From assembly GCA_035389185.1 (NCBI GenBank), contig DAOORK010000001.1, positions 631,415 to 695,414 of the forward strand: 64,000 nt of DNA. The letters are read 5' to 3'. Both the position numbers and the translations under genes were made by a program. Within the stretch, counting starts at the first letter, position 1. Each line of letters opens with the position of its first letter. The notes under the pieces were generated by a model. The model was not told where the DNA came from. It saw only the letters and a list, made by a program, of their open reading frames with translations, and did no database searches. This document shows positions 18,742 to 28,128 of this stretch, piece after piece. Source of the stretch: Candidatus Woesebacteria bacterium. Its GTDB lineage: Bacteria > Patescibacteriota > Microgenomatia > UBA1400 > MFAQ01.

Positions 18742-19959
18742 ATGGCAAATAAGAATCTATCAAAAGCAAAAAACGCAAAGAACGATGAGTTTTATACTCA
18801 ATTTCTCGATATTCAAAAAGAAATTGAGGCGTATCTGGAGTATGACCCTAACACTTTCCGTAGCAAAGTGGTTTATAGCAATTGTGACGATCCGTTTGAA
18901 AGCAATTTTTTCAGATACTTTGTACTTAATTTCAATAAACTTGGGTTAAAACAGCTTATTACCACAAGTTATAAACCATCGCCGGTAGCCAATACGCAAC
19001 TACTGCTGTTTGGTGATGATATAACGCTTGCAAAATCTAAAGGACGTCCGAAAATAACGGCTAACAAATTTATTATCAACGAAGTTCGTGACCTAGATGG
19101 TGATGGTGAGTTTAATCTTAAGGATGTTGCTACCCAACTTAAATCAAATAAACACAACGAGTGGTGTCCTTTAGAGGGAGACGGTGACTTTCGTAGTGAT
19201 GAGTGTATAGAACTCCTAAAGCAATCGGACATTGTGGTAACCAATCCTCCATTTAGTCTCTTCCGAGAGTATGTTAGACAACTTGTGGACTACGACAAGA
19301 AATTTGTTGTTATTGGCAATATGAACGCAATTACTTATAAGGAAATTTTCCCACTAATTAAAACAAACAAATTGTGGCTGGGAGCAACCGGAAATGGTAG
19401 TGATATGGTTTTTGCAGTGCCAAATGGTACTGAAATAGCGGAGTCTGATAGGCAGAAGGCGGCCAGACTGGGGTATGTTGGGAATTATACGAGACTTGGC
19501 AATTCTTGCTGGTTCACAAACCTTGATCATGGGAGACGTCATAAACCGCTGCCATTAATGAAGGAAGCTGATGTAATAAAATTCAGCACAAAGAAGCCGT
19601 TTGAAAAATATGACAACTACGATGCAATTGAAGTTTCAATGGTTAAAAATATCCCCAGTGATTATGGTGGTGTTATGGGTGTGCCTATTAGTTTTCTGGA
19701 TAAATATAATCCTGATCAATTTGTGATTTTAGGAGCGACACAGAGAGGCTGTCACGACGAGGTTCCTGATACGAAAAAATACGATGATTATTGGGAAGTT
19801 AGACAAAACGGCGAAAGAACAGGATCATCTGGAGGAAAAACGAATGAAAACGCAAATTTGGTGGGTAACGATGGTAAGAAGAACTATTTTATAAATAATG
19901 AGGGTCGTATAATTCAGTCAGCCTATCAAAGAATCTTTATAAGGCGCAAAAATAAATAA
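18742..19959 (+). CDS. EcoRI-methylase-like adenine (NPPF) DNA methyltransferase
   Basis: N-terminal AKNDEFYTQ; catalytic motif [10 protein letters not shown]; ATG at 18742 chosen over the TTG at 18730. Confidence 0.65.
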   Translation: MANKNLSKAKNAKNDEFYTQFLDIQKEIEAYLEYDPNTFRSKVVYSNCDDPFESNFFRYFVLNFNKLGLKQLITTSYKPSPVANTQLLLFGDDITLAKSKGRPKITANKFIINEVRDLDGDGEFNLKDVATQLKSNKHNEWCPLEGDGDFRSDECIELLKQSDIVVTNPPFSLFREYVRQLVDYDKKFVVIGNMNAITYKEIFPLIKTNKLWLGATGNGSDMVFAVPNGTEIAESDRQKAARLGYVGNYTRLGNSCWFTNLDHGRRHKPLPLMKEADVIKFSTKKPFEKYDNYDAIEVSMVKNIPSDYGGVMGVPISFLDKYNPDQFVILGATQRGCHDEVPDTKKYDDYWEVRQNGERTGSSGGKTNENANLVGNDGKKNYFINNEGRIIQSAYQRIFIRRKNK

Positions 19960-19960
19960 T

Positions 19961-21130
19961 ATGCATACAACATTAAGGACTACTATTTCTGTAAAAGATA
20001 TATGTGATGGTTTTGTATACAACGAATTGGAAGGTAAAGGACTGTTCGGTTTATCTGGCAATCTGACTATCCAACCCGAATATCAACGAAATTATATTTA
20101 CGCTTCAGATGGTGGAAAAAGAGAGATAGCGGTCATTGATTCTATACTTAGAGATTATCCTATTGGCTTAATTTATTTTAATAAACTTTCCGACGATAAG
20201 TTAGAGGTTTTAGATGGTCAACAGCGTATCACTAGTATTGGACGTTTTGTCACAGATAAATTTGCAATTAAAGACGAGAATGGAATGGAACAGTATTTCA
20301 GCGGCTTGGCAAGTGATAAGAAAACCAAGATATTAGAGACAAAACTGCTGATCTATGAATGTGAAGGAGCAGAAAGTGAGATAAAAGAATGGTTCAAAAC
20401 AATCAACATTGCCGGTGTTCCGCTTAATGATCAAGAATTATTGAACGCGGTTTATTCTGGGCGTTTTGTAACTATGGCTAAAGAGGAGTTTAGTAATAGT
20501 CAAAATGCTAACATCCATAAATGGAGTGCTTACATAAAGGGGAGTGTTAACAGACAAGAGTTTTTGGAGCGAGCTCTTGAATGGGTGAGTAGGGGAAAGA
20601 TTGGTGATTATATGAGTCTTCATCGTAATGATGGTGACATTGATGAGCTAAAAACCTACTTTAATACTGTAATTGACTGGGTATCGAGTGTCTTTGTAGA
20701 TGTCGAGAGTGAAATGAGTGGATTAGAGTGGGGAAGAATGTACGAGCAATATCGTGAAAATACCTATAACCCCATCAAAATATCAGAAGATGTACATAGA
20801 CTTTACGGAGACCCTTATGTAAAAAATCGTAAAGGAATTTTTGAATATATACTTGGTCGTTCTAAAAACGCGAGATTGCTGGATGTCAGGGTTTTTGATG
20901 AAGTAACTAAGAAGTCGGTTTATACAAGACAGACTGATTTGGCAAGATCTAAGGGTGAATCGAACTGTCCCCTTTGTGCAATTGGTCATGACGCTGCTAA
21001 GTCTAAAGTTTGGGAGTTTGGAGAGATGGACGCTGACCATGTAGCAGCGTGGAGCAAGGGCGGGGCAACTAACCCCAGTAACTGCCAGATGCTCTGCAAA
21101 ACGCACAATCGAGCAAAAGGAAATCGATAA
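19961..21130 (+). CDS. DUF262 (ParB/Srx-like, DGQQR) N-domain fused to an HNH nuclease; candidate restriction endonuclease (GmrSD-like)
   Basis: [13 protein letters not shown]; C-terminal CPLC...[12 protein letters not shown]...[13 protein letters not shown]/Zn-finger; starts 1 nt after the MTase stop. Confidence 0.7.
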   Translation: MHTTLRTTISVKDICDGFVYNELEGKGLFGLSGNLTIQPEYQRNYIYASDGGKREIAVIDSILRDYPIGLIYFNKLSDDKLEVLDGQQRITSIGRFVTDKFAIKDENGMEQYFSGLASDKKTKILETKLLIYECEGAESEIKEWFKTINIAGVPLNDQELLNAVYSGRFVTMAKEEFSNSQNANIHKWSAYIKGSVNRQEFLERALEWVSRGKIGDYMSLHRNDGDIDELKTYFNTVIDWVSSVFVDVESEMSGLEWGRMYEQYRENTYNPIKISEDVHRLYGDPYVKNRKGIFEYILGRSKNARLLDVRVFDEVTKKSVYTRQTDLARSKGESNCPLCAIGHDAAKSKVWEFGEMDADHVAAWSKGGATNPSNCQMLCKTHNRAKGNR

Positions 21131-21213
21131 TGTATCTTTTAGTTGTGTATCGGGGTATCAACAGAGTTCCTTATTTGGTCTAGTACGGGGAGCATTTTTG
21201 TATACTTAATATT

Positions 21214-21519
21214 ATGTCCAAAAATCCTTTGATAAATGCGCTAAGCGCTTCAGCCTATATTATCCTTGTTGTCACTGTAATGACTTTTGTGACGCAACCC
21301 TTAAAAAACAAACCAGATACTTTTTTTGCTCCGATCACAATGTTATTTGTATTGACCCTTTCTGTTGCTGTAATGGCATACTTGTTTTTTTATCAACCAC
21401 TTCTACTTTTTATTGAAGGAAAGAAAAAAGATGCAGTAAATCTATTTGTGAAGACAGTAGGAATCTTCGCCGTTTTTACAACTGTAGTTTTGATATTACT
21501 TTTTTCGGGTTTGATTTAG
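21214..21519 (+). CDS. small membrane protein
   Basis: 3 TM helices. Confidence 0.4.
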   Translation: MSKNPLINALSASAYIILVVTVMTFVTQPLKNKPDTFFAPITMLFVLTLSVAVMAYLFFYQPLLLFIEGKKKDAVNLFVKTVGIFAVFTTVVLILLFSGLI

Positions 21520-21580
21520 GTTTTAGTTATTTATAATAGTGACTTTGTAAAGTAAATTACTTTTGTGTTAGGATGGTTTT

Positions 21581-22231
21581 ATGTTTAACAAGATAATCGT
21601 TGGATTTTTCTTTACGATATTGTTGTCAGGATGTAGTCTGCAGGAAACTGGTTCCCCAAATGTTGCAAATCAAAACGGGGAAAATGTAGATAAACAGGGA
21701 CAAGGGAGCGTTGGAAAATGTAAACAAGAGGCGGTGGCAATTGAAGGTTATGGAGATAAGGGAAAGAGATTGAGTAATTGTTTTGTGGAATATCCTGGAG
21801 AGCCGTCAAGACAGGATAAAAGTTATTATGTTTTAGAAGATGTCTGCGGACAGTTTACCAAGGAGTTTATTCAAAATGCTTTAGGAAAACCGATATTAAG
21901 GATTCAACCTCCTGAACATGACAGCCTGTTTAACTGTAGGTATTATTTTGATGATAAAGATAATCATGTGCTATTGGTATTTGAGTATTTGAAAATAGAA
22001 AACCAAAAAAAGGGTCAGGAAGAAATGGGTAGAAGAACGGAAGTGAGCGACAAAATTCCCATGAGAAATATGCTGGTGTGGCAACCAAATGGTTTGCTAA
22101 ACAATATTTATTTGGTACTAGGAGATGAGAAGTTTATCAGCATTGACCGATCTTCCGGATCCGGATTGACACCAGATGAGCTAATTAATTTTGCGGCAAA
22201 TATTGCAAAAGAGATTAAAGATTATAAATAA
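21581..22231 (+). CDS. lipoprotein (signal peptide plus lipobox LLSGCSL)
   Basis: N-terminal signal with Cys lipobox. Confidence 0.5.
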   Translation: MFNKIIVGFFFTILLSGCSLQETGSPNVANQNGENVDKQGQGSVGKCKQEAVAIEGYGDKGKRLSNCFVEYPGEPSRQDKSYYVLEDVCGQFTKEFIQNALGKPILRIQPPEHDSLFNCRYYFDDKDNHVLLVFEYLKIENQKKGQEEMGRRTEVSDKIPMRNMLVWQPNGLLNNIYLVLGDEKFISIDRSSGSGLTPDELINFAANIAKEIKDYK

Positions 22232-22245
22232 ATAAAGGAAATAAT

Positions 22246-22572
22246 ATGCAACCGGAAAAAATAATAGTTTTTGGACCAATAATTGTCTTTTTTGCCATTT
22301 TTGGTTTGATTGTGTTGGGTTTTGTTTTATTTATTGTCAAGATAATTAGGAAAACCAAAAACACTTACTGGAAGGGGAAGATAATTGATAAAAACTATCA
22401 TGAAACTGAGGATATGGAAGACCGAAAGACAGATCATTTTGTTTTGGTAGTTGATGTTGAGGGAAGCCGGGTACGGAATGTGGAGGTAAATAGAGCGCTC
22501 TACGATAGCTGTAAAGTGGGGGATGTATTGGAGAAACCGTTGGGTAAATTGAACCCTGTTAAGGTTAAATGA
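22246..22572 (+). CDS. small membrane protein
   Basis: single N-terminal TM. Confidence 0.4.
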   Translation: MQPEKIIVFGPIIVFFAIFGLIVLGFVLFIVKIIRKTKNTYWKGKIIDKNYHETEDMEDRKTDHFVLVVDVEGSRVRNVEVNRALYDSCKVGDVLEKPLGKLNPVKVK

Positions 22573-22856
22573 GAGGCTTGATTGGTTATATTTTTGCCCC
22601 CAGACTTAATCGTTTGGTGGTGTGGGGTGGTCTGTTGCTCTTGGTTGGGTTGATTTTGCTACCTATTTTGATTGGATTTCCTTTGCTGGTGGTTGGGAGT
22701 TGTTTGTTTACTGTGGGAGCAATGATCTCTGTGGTTGAGCGTTTTCCGGGAGGTAAAAAGATGGTTGGGTATTACAAGGAGATGTTTGTGCGGATGGGGA
22801 AGTTTTTAAAGATATTGATTAAGAAAGCCGTGGAATATATTGAGAGCGTGATTTGA
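22569..22856 (+). CDS. small membrane protein
   Basis: 2 TM; the 4-bp start/stop overlap with the upstream gene suggests translational coupling. Confidence 0.4.
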   Translation: MRGLIGYIFAPRLNRLVVWGGLLLLVGLILLPILIGFPLLVVGSCLFTVGAMISVVERFPGGKKMVGYYKEMFVRMGKFLKILIKKAVEYIESVI

Positions 22857-22918
22857 TGAAGTATGTTGGCTGAAAGATCTGTGATATCATTCGGGTAAGT
22901 TCTTTGAAAGGAGACCGA

Positions 22919-23233
22919 ATGAAAATAATTGCAGAGTACGCAATTATCCCAATGGGTACAGAGGTGAGCGTATCCAGGTATGTGAAGGAGTGTGAAAGGA
23001 TCATCTCGAGCATGGGGATAAAACACATGGTACATGCAAACGGAACTAACCTTGAGGGTGATTTTTGGTTGGTGATGGCGATAGTTTTCATTTGTACACT
23101 TCGAGTTCATGCGATGGGCGTTCCGAGGATGAAAACGCTTCTGTCTTTTGGAACGAGGACGGATCGGGATCAAACAATGGAAGAAAAGGTGAAGAGTGTA
23201 ATGGGGGATGAAAAGGATAATACCGAGGGATGA
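22919..23233 (+). CDS. MTH1187/YkoF-family (thiamine-binding-like) protein
   Basis: IIAEYAIIPMGTEVSVSRYVKECERIISSMGIKHMVHANGTNLEG matches the MTH1187 family pattern. Confidence 0.6.
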   Translation: MKIIAEYAIIPMGTEVSVSRYVKECERIISSMGIKHMVHANGTNLEGDFWLVMAIVFICTLRVHAMGVPRMKTLLSFGTRTDRDQTMEEKVKSVMGDEKDNTEG

Positions 23234-23247
23234 CCTCGGTATTTTTT
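23222..23247 (+). terminator. rho-independent terminator
   Basis: accgagg-gatga-cctcggt hairpin followed by attttttgg; overlaps the upstream gene's stop codon. Confidence 0.65.
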
Positions 23248-23253
23248 GGGGTC

Positions 23254-23291
23254 TTGACAAGTAATTAGCACTCGTACTATATTAGTGCTAA
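23254..23291 (+). promoter_or_regulatory. sigma70-like promoter (TTGACA -35) overlapping a CIRCE operator (HrcA site) upstream of hsp20
   Basis: TTGACA at 23254-23259; CIRCE TTAGCACTC (23265-73), 9-nt spacer, TAGTGCTAA (23283-91). This is 17/18 identity to the consensus TTAGCACTC-N9-GAGTGCTAA. Confidence 0.75.
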
Positions 23292-23318
23292 AGTTAGTAA
23301 TTTGGAGAAAGAAAGGGG

Positions 23319-23747
23319 GTGAGCCAAATGGCTTTTGATCTAGTACCAAGCAGACTTTTTTCGTTTCCTTCGATGCATATGCCTTCGATCTGGGACGATG
23401 AAGATGAGTGGTTGAAACCAGTTTCCTCAAACGGTTTGTCGATCTCAGAAGATGAAAAAAATGTTTATGTTGAAGCATCTTTGCCGGGTATTGACCCTAA
23501 AGATGTGGAGATGACCTTTCAAGATGGATACCTTTGGATAAGAGGTGAAGCCAAAGAAGAAGAAACTGACAAAAAGAAAAAATATTATCGTCAGTCTTCC
23601 AAAGCCTTTTCTTATCGAGTGGCAGTACCAGGAGATGTTGATGAAAAGGTAGAACCAATTGCTTCAAGTAAACACGGAGTAATGACGATAACTTTTTCCA
23701 AGTCTCCAAAGACTCAACCAAAGAAGATTCAGATTAAGATGAAATAA
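23319..23747 (+). CDS. Hsp20/alpha-crystallin small heat-shock protein
   Basis: alpha-crystallin domain; GTG start 6 nt after the aagggggtg RBS. Confidence 0.8.
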   Translation: MSQMAFDLVPSRLFSFPSMHMPSIWDDEDEWLKPVSSNGLSISEDEKNVYVEASLPGIDPKDVEMTFQDGYLWIRGEAKEEETDKKKKYYRQSSKAFSYRVAVPGDVDEKVEPIASSKHGVMTITFSKSPKTQPKKIQIKMK

Positions 23748-23760
23748 TTTTTGGTGAATA

Positions 23761-23790
23761 AACTCCGCTCTTCAGGGGCGGAGTTTTGGG
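23761..23790 (+). terminator. rho-independent terminator after hsp20
   Basis: aactccgc-tcttcaggg-gcggagtt followed by ttgg. Confidence 0.5.
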
Positions 23791-23806
23791 TTAAAATGGG
23801 GGACTT

Positions 23807-24613
23807 ATGAAGAAGTGGATTGCGGAAGAGTTGGCGGAAAAAAAGGGAAGAGTAACTCTTGTTCGAGTACTGTTAAGATTTTGGTTGCCTTTTAAAAAAT
23901 ATCCTAATAATGGTGTTTGGAGTTATATATTGCAGGTTGAAGATGGGGTGGTTGTATTTGATGTGGGGGCAGAGAAGGGTGTGAGGATTAAGAAAACAAA
24001 GAATGTGACGAAAGTAATGGAAGTTGTTGAGGAGTATTTTCCGGGTCAAAAAATTAGAGAGATATTGTTGTCTCATTATCATTATGATCATGCCGGAGGT
24101 GCACCACTATTGCAAAAAATGGCAAAGGAAAAATGGGGGTATAAACCGTTGATTAGGATACATAAAAATGATTGCCAAATAAAAAAGATTTGGAAAGTAA
24201 AAAAGTCATCACTGGTAAAATTATTTGAAAAATCGGGAGTGAAGGACTGGGAGATGGGAAGATGGCTAAGAGATGGGGAAAGGATAAGGAATAGTGATTG
24301 GACGATAAAACACACTCCTGGTCATACAAGCGGAACAATAAGTTTGGTTAATGGAAAAGAAAAAATTGTGATTGGCGGTTGGTTGAATGAGGAAATTGAA
24401 AATAGACTGATCGGATGGTTACAGGGAAAGTTTATTGATGAAGATAAGAGTAATTATTGCAATACAAGAAAGGTGGTTAATAGGCTGAAGTGTTTGGGGT
24501 ATCAAAGATACTATCTACACCCGATGATAAAAAAAGGAAGAATAAATCCACCGAGCTCTAAACTTTTTGTAGAGAAATACCGAGACCTCTCTCGCCGGTA
24601 TGGACGGCGATAG
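23807..24613 (+). CDS. MBL-fold metallo-hydrolase
   Basis: HYHYDHAGG metal-binding motif. Confidence 0.65.
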   Translation: MKKWIAEELAEKKGRVTLVRVLLRFWLPFKKYPNNGVWSYILQVEDGVVVFDVGAEKGVRIKKTKNVTKVMEVVEEYFPGQKIREILLSHYHYDHAGGAPLLQKMAKEKWGYKPLIRIHKNDCQIKKIWKVKKSSLVKLFEKSGVKDWEMGRWLRDGERIRNSDWTIKHTPGHTSGTISLVNGKEKIVIGGWLNEEIENRLIGWLQGKFIDEDKSNYCNTRKVVNRLKCLGYQRYYLHPMIKKGRINPPSSKLFVEKYRDLSRRYGRR

Positions 24614-25433
24614 TCGGGCCAGCATCGATGATGAGGATTTCTTTTGAATAAATGCGGGAGAGATTTTCTTTGAGTAAAGCGGCACCTTCGGGAAAGTTGG
24701 TATGAAGAATCGCCAGACGAGTGATATCTTCTTTGGTGTTTTCAACTCTTTTGATAATTTCTCGCTGAACGTGGCCATCAGTACGGACAAGATTTTGAAA
24801 CTTGATCTCTCCATTGACAATACCGGCGAAAGGTCGAAGTTGCAGTTTGGAGCCGAGATATCTGGCGACTTCAGGGAGCCGGCCTCCCTTGACGATGTTT
24901 TCGAAGGTGGAAAGAGAAGTAAAAGTTTCGATTTTGGGAATAGTTTCGAGGGTAATTTTCTTAATATCTTCTAAGGGATAACCTTCTTCGGCAAGGGTGG
25001 CTGCTTGCTGTGCTAGAAACCAAATACCGGCGGAGACCTGTCGGGAGTCAATCACTTCAAGGAGGAGATGAGGATTGTCTACTCGAACAATATTTGAAGC
25101 TAAAACAGCGGATTCCCAAGCGGTGGAGTGCTTGGAGGTGATGTGAATTGAAATAACCGGTTGATTTTCTTTGGCATTTGCTTCGTATAGAGGAACTAGC
25201 CTGCCAGTGATGACTCCTGAAGTTTGAGGTAGTTTGGCATTATTGCGCATTTTTTCGTAGAAGGAAGCAGGAGGAAGATCAGCATTATCTTGATAAGAAA
25301 CCCAGTGATTTTTTTCAAAAAACTTTACGTCTAGAGGAACAATGGAGAGATCGTGTTCGTTGGCCAAAGATGATTCTGGCCTTACGGAACAGCCTGAGTC
25401 AGTAATAACAGTAACTTTATTTTCGATACTCAT
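24558..25433 (-). CDS. DegV-family fatty-acid-binding protein
   Basis: VTVITDSGCSV N-terminus and DegV fold pattern. Confidence 0.7.
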   Translation of the reverse strand: MSIENKVTVITDSGCSVRPESSLANEHDLSIVPLDVKFFEKNHWVSYQDNADLPPASFYEKMRNNAKLPQTSGVITGRLVPLYEANAKENQPVISIHITSKHSTAWESAVLASNIVRVDNPHLLLEVIDSRQVSAGIWFLAQQAATLAEEGYPLEDIKKITLETIPKIETFTSLSTFENIVKGGRLPEVARYLGSKLQLRPFAGIVNGEIKFQNLVRTDGHVQREIIKRVENTKEDITRLAILHTNFPEGAALLKENLSRIYSKEILIIDAGPTIAVHTGERGLGISLQKV

Positions 25434-25473
25434 GCACTATTAACTTGAGCATATCATATAGAATGGATATTGG

Positions 25474-26970
25474 ATGAATGGTTTACCGTTGATTTTGTCT
25501 GCCTTACCCTTTGGCCTATTTTTATTTGGGCTGTTTTTTAAAAAACTGACTTTGCCAAAAATTTCGATGATCGTGTTGACGGTGGAAACGTTAATCCAGA
25601 TCTTTTATTGGAAGATTGTACCGGTATATTTATTAAACTCTTTGGTGAAAGGTTTCTTCGTAGCCTTTGATATATTTTTGATTGTGTTTGGAGCGGTGTT
25701 CTTTTTGGAAGTATTGAAGAATTTGAGAGTGATTGAGAATATTGGGTTTTATCTGGAGTCTGTGGCGAAGGATTTTCGGGTGCAGACGATTCTTTTGGCA
25801 TGGTTTTTTATTAATTTTATTGAAGGAATGGCGGGGTTTGGAACTCCTGGTGCGGTGGTAGCTCCAATATTAATTAGTTTGGGTTTGTCACCAATGGTAG
25901 CTGTTGTCATTTCGGTCTTAGGAAATAGCAGTGCGGGTGCTTTTGGGGCCGTAGGTACCCCGATAAGAGTAGGTTTTGCGGGTTTGGATACGACTGGTGT
26001 TCCGTGGAATACGGTTTGGCTAAATGCAGTAGGGATTTTGATACCAGTTTTTATGATTTTGGTTTTGGCGAGAGAAGAAAAGGAAAATAGAAGACAGTTC
26101 TTTTTTGAAATTTTACCGTTTGCTTTGTGGTCCGGATTTTTATTTGTTTTAAGTTCTGTTTTAACTGTTGGTTTTGGACAAGAGTTTGTATCGGTGATAG
26201 GATCGTTGGCGGCCATTATTTTGGTGGTTTTGACGACAAAAAAAGGCATATTTGTGCCTAAAAATGTACGAGTGTTGAGGAATAATAGAGCGATAAAAAT
26301 GACTCTACCTTTAAAGAAAGTGTTACTTCCTTACCTATTGGTTTTTGTTTTGTTACTGGTTGGAAAATTAACACTGAAATCAGTAGTGATTCATTTCCCT
26401 TGGGACTACCAGTACTCTTTAAATCTTTTTAATCCGGGAGTAATATTTTTTGTGGCTGGCCTCCCCCTTGTTTTTTTGTGGCATGGTCAGAGTTTTTTCA
26501 AAGCGAGTATGAAAACGGCACTAGTCAGAACGGTCGATCCATTTATTGTGATTTTGGGAATGTCAACAATGACACAGATGATCGTAAATTCGGGAAATAA
26601 TTATTCAGGACTGCCTTCGGTATTGTTTTTGATGGCAGAGAACTTGAGAAAAGATATTTTGCCATTTGTGGCACCATTTATCGGAGCGTTTGGGACAATG
26701 ATTTCCGGAAGTGTGACAATTTCCAATATTTTGTTTGGAAATATTTTGTTTTCGGCAAGTCGTTTGTTTGGAATTGAGAGCGCAAAGATATTATCTTTGG
26801 AAATTTCCGGTGCAGCGATGGGTAATACAATGGCAATTGCGGACATTATGGCGGCCGAAGCAGTAACGGGGATGGAAAACAAGACAAGGAATATTATGGC
26901 TAGAGTTGTGGGGCCTTGTATGGTTTGCCTGTTAATTTTGGGAGTTGTGGGGCTGTTTATTGTCAGGTGA
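25474..26970 (+). CDS. lctP: L-lactate permease (LctP family)
   Basis: FIEGMAGFGTPGAVVAPILISLGLSP...GAFGAVGTPI is close to LldP; polytopic. Confidence 0.7.
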   Translation: MNGLPLILSALPFGLFLFGLFFKKLTLPKISMIVLTVETLIQIFYWKIVPVYLLNSLVKGFFVAFDIFLIVFGAVFFLEVLKNLRVIENIGFYLESVAKDFRVQTILLAWFFINFIEGMAGFGTPGAVVAPILISLGLSPMVAVVISVLGNSSAGAFGAVGTPIRVGFAGLDTTGVPWNTVWLNAVGILIPVFMILVLAREEKENRRQFFFEILPFALWSGFLFVLSSVLTVGFGQEFVSVIGSLAAIILVVLTTKKGIFVPKNVRVLRNNRAIKMTLPLKKVLLPYLLVFVLLLVGKLTLKSVVIHFPWDYQYSLNLFNPGVIFFVAGLPLVFLWHGQSFFKASMKTALVRTVDPFIVILGMSTMTQMIVNSGNNYSGLPSVLFLMAENLRKDILPFVAPFIGAFGTMISGSVTISNILFGNILFSASRLFGIESAKILSLEISGAAMGNTMAIADIMAAEAVTGMENKTRNIMARVVGPCMVCLLILGVVGLFIVR

Positions 26971-26982
26971 TACCATTAAAGT

Positions 26983-27387
26983 ATGGCAATATATTGGGAA
27001 GATAAATTAAGTGTGGGGGTAGAAGTAATTGATACACAGCACAAGAAATTCATCGAACTTTTGAATGAGTTGTCTGAGGCAATTACCTCAATGAAAACTT
27101 CAGAAACGATAGAAAAGATATTAGATGGTCTAGATCAATATGCGGTGTACCACTTTGAAACAGAGGAAAAATATTTTAAAGAGTTTCATTTTGAAGGAGC
27201 TGAAGAACATATCAGAGAGCACAGAAATTTTGTAGAGAAGCTAGGGGAAATAAAAAAAGGTTACAACACAGATCGATTAAAAATGTCGATAAAGCTTGTC
27301 GAGTTTATGACTGATTGGTTGATAAATCATTTAGAGATGATGGATAGAAAATATGTGGAGTGCTTCAGTCAGCACGGTCTTCGATAA
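26983..27387 (+). CDS. hemerythrin-like (bacteriohemerythrin) protein
   Basis: W-x-D...VGVEVIDTQHKKF...HFETEE...H...H metal ligands. Confidence 0.7.
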   Translation: MAIYWEDKLSVGVEVIDTQHKKFIELLNELSEAITSMKTSETIEKILDGLDQYAVYHFETEEKYFKEFHFEGAEEHIREHRNFVEKLGEIKKGYNTDRLKMSIKLVEFMTDWLINHLEMMDRKYVECFSQHGLR

Positions 27388-27441
27388 AAATCCTGAGAAC
27401 GATTGAGTCTTGGTATGTAAGATTTGTTATAGTTTATGTAG

Positions 27442-28128
27442 ATGGATGTTGAAATTACGATACAAAATGTATCGCTTGTGGGAGATTGGGAACCAATAGA
27501 TGAAGCAAAAGGTGTAGTGCTTTTTGTACATGAAAGCAAAAATAACCAGCTATATCTGAGGAATACTTATGTGGCAAAAGAGTTGCAAAAGAAAGGGATA
27601 GCAACTTTGTTGTTTGGTTTGTTGACCGAAGAAGAAGACAAAACGAAAGAACTACGGTTTGATATTGATTTATTAACGGAGAGACTAATCGGGGTAACTA
27701 AGTGGTGCATGGAAAGCGAGAAGATTAATGGTATAAAAATTGGATATTTTGGATCAGGTACATGGACGGCAGCGGCCCTTTCTGGGGCGGCATATTGGGG
27801 AACAAAAATCGCAGCGGTAGTCTCTTGGGGAGGAAAACCGAATTTGGTTTTGAACGAACTGGATCTAATAGAGGCGCCAACATTATTGATAACTGGAGGT
27901 GAGGAGAAAGAGATAATCGACTTAAATAGAAAAGCATATATTAAGCTTGGTTGTATAAAAAAGATGGAAATTGTACCGGGGGCGACGCATTTGTTTGAGG
28001 AACCTGGTGCTTTTGAGAAAATAGTTGAGTTAGCGGGAAATTGGTTTGAGAGATGTTTTTTAGCGAATGGCGTTGAGAAGCGAATAGCCACCAATGGCCA
28101 AGAGAAGAGATCCAAGCAGATTGCTTAG
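27442..28128 (+). CDS. dienelactone-hydrolase-like alpha/beta hydrolase
   Basis: alpha/beta hydrolase-fold pattern with GSGTW nucleophile-elbow-like motif. Confidence 0.5.
   Translation: MDVEITIQNVSLVGDWEPIDEAKGVVLFVHESKNNQLYLRNTYVAKELQKKGIATLLFGLLTEEEDKTKELRFDIDLLTERLIGVTKWCMESEKINGIKIGYFGSGTWTAAALSGAAYWGTKIAAVVSWGGKPNLVLNELDLIEAPTLLITGGEEKEIIDLNRKAYIKLGCIKKMEIVPGATHLFEEPGAFEKIVELAGNWFERCFLANGVEKRIATNGQEKRSKQIA

Larger units (their letters stand above)
2871..21150. mobile_element. composite horizontally acquired island (integrative element plus defence island); boundaries approximate
   Basis: A-rich codon usage contrasts with the G/T-rich coding strands of flanking genes; two LSRs, Xis, Rep and three R-M-like modules. 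Confidence 0.45.

Noticed and set aside
25749-26249. 166-aa antisense ORF inside lctP, and many similar antisense or alternate-frame ORFs in the track
   Set aside because: They are fully embedded in well-supported genes on the opposite strand or frame. Examples are 8087..8284, 12313..12579, 27567..28115, 39126..39659 and 51324..51785. These are typical shadow ORFs of biased-composition coding DNA.
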